A stretch of DNA of 64,000 nt. Source: Raillietiella orientalis (taxonomy: Eukaryota). This document shows positions 63,057-64,000 of the stretch, one piece after another. Below the pieces are notes generated by a model that was not told the origin of the DNA, ran no database searches, and worked only from the letters and a program-made list of their open reading frames with translations. The position numbers and the translations under genes are program-made. The first letter of the stretch is position 1. The number at the start of each line of letters is the position of its first letter. Location of the stretch: NCBI GenBank assembly GCA_036172245.1, contig JAYWIR010000013.1:3100001-3164000 (forward strand), given 5' to 3'.

Positions 63057-64000
63057 TGTAACTGATTCCTTTCATTAATGACATTTCTTCTGTAATTTTA
63101 ACGAAATACTGGTTTCGGTTTGCGTTTTCAGCTCAAAGATTAATTCCACTGTAGAACAGAGGAAAGCATTCTTTTACTGTCCAGTGTCATCTTGCAGACG
63201 GAAAGCGACACGGTCCAAGTTTTTGGCTCTTCTTTTGTATGCGACTCGACAATTTCAGGTAAGCAGAATTATTGGAATTCAGACAGACATGTCCTTTACT
63301 TAGGTATGTATGTTTGGAGCAGCACGGCTTGCGCACAGCACACCAAACCGGCTGGTTCTCCCGTGCTCGAGAGGCGGCACGGCAAGACAGGAACAATTCA
63401 GAACCATCAAAGAAAGGCAGCACACATGCGAGACTGATCGAAAGGAAAGTCGCCCTTTCGAAAACGTGCAAACGGTGACCACAGGGGCAGGAAACCTCGG
63501 AACCCTCCTGGGAACTTTTTTACGATTGTATTCTTTCAAGCTGAACTGCCGAATGGAAGCTTCTCCTCCCATTCCACATTCCTGTTTAAGGCTTGCCATT
63601 CCAAAAGTTCTGCATTCTTGTTAAGAATCGTCGTTCCTCTTTAGATGCAAGCAATAAGGAAAACAACTGTTCGCTATTCCGCTTTGATCCATGTTTCAGG
63701 AATCATTATGTTGGTGCAAAAGTAACTGCGGTTTTTGTCGCTTCAAGTTTGGCGCCGAGTCTCCTCGTTACCCTTATCTTTTTGTTATAGCCATGTGATA
63801 CATCATTGTAAGCAATGAAACTGGTACCAGTGATTTCAGCTTATGTCCATGGTTTTCATTCCTTAGCATTGCTGGATATAACCTCTTAAGTTAGTCCTGG
63901 AAGAAAAGAAGCTAATTCTCGCTGTTTTGTTGTATGGGGTTACAGTCGGGGCGTAAGGCAACGGAAACTGCTCGAAATGTCAGATTTGCATTTGGCGAAG

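Overview
Animal (probably arthropod-like) genomic DNA with four spliced or intronless protein-coding genes that I could rebuild by hand. (1) The 3' part of a rootletin/CROCC-like coiled-coil gene (+, <1..2606, 9 short phase-0 introns). (2) An inositol-pentakisphosphate 2-kinase gene (IPPK, -, 43553..32268, 7 exons, 393 aa), which the ORF track shows only as fragments. (3) An intronless BTG1/2-type gene (-, 45485..44946) with CRE, CCAAT and TATA-like elements upstream. (4) A Mind bomb 2 E3 ligase gene (+, 51723..55050, 12 exons, 899 aa, most introns 38-50 nt). About 29.6 kb of GC/CpG-rich, microsatellite-rich DNA lies between the convergent 3' ends of rootletin and IPPK with no gene I can recognise; its long ORFs look like GC artefacts. 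Composition switches sharply near 44-46 kb to AT-rich, CpG-poor DNA. The most unusual unexplained signal is a set of long, perfect, mutually unrelated hairpins/palindromes (16-18 bp arms at 16.3, 33.4 and 49.8 kb, plus shorter ones), some of pre-miRNA size. I found no rRNA, tRNA, CRISPR array or intact transposon, and no new biological system that I can demonstrate from the sequence alone.
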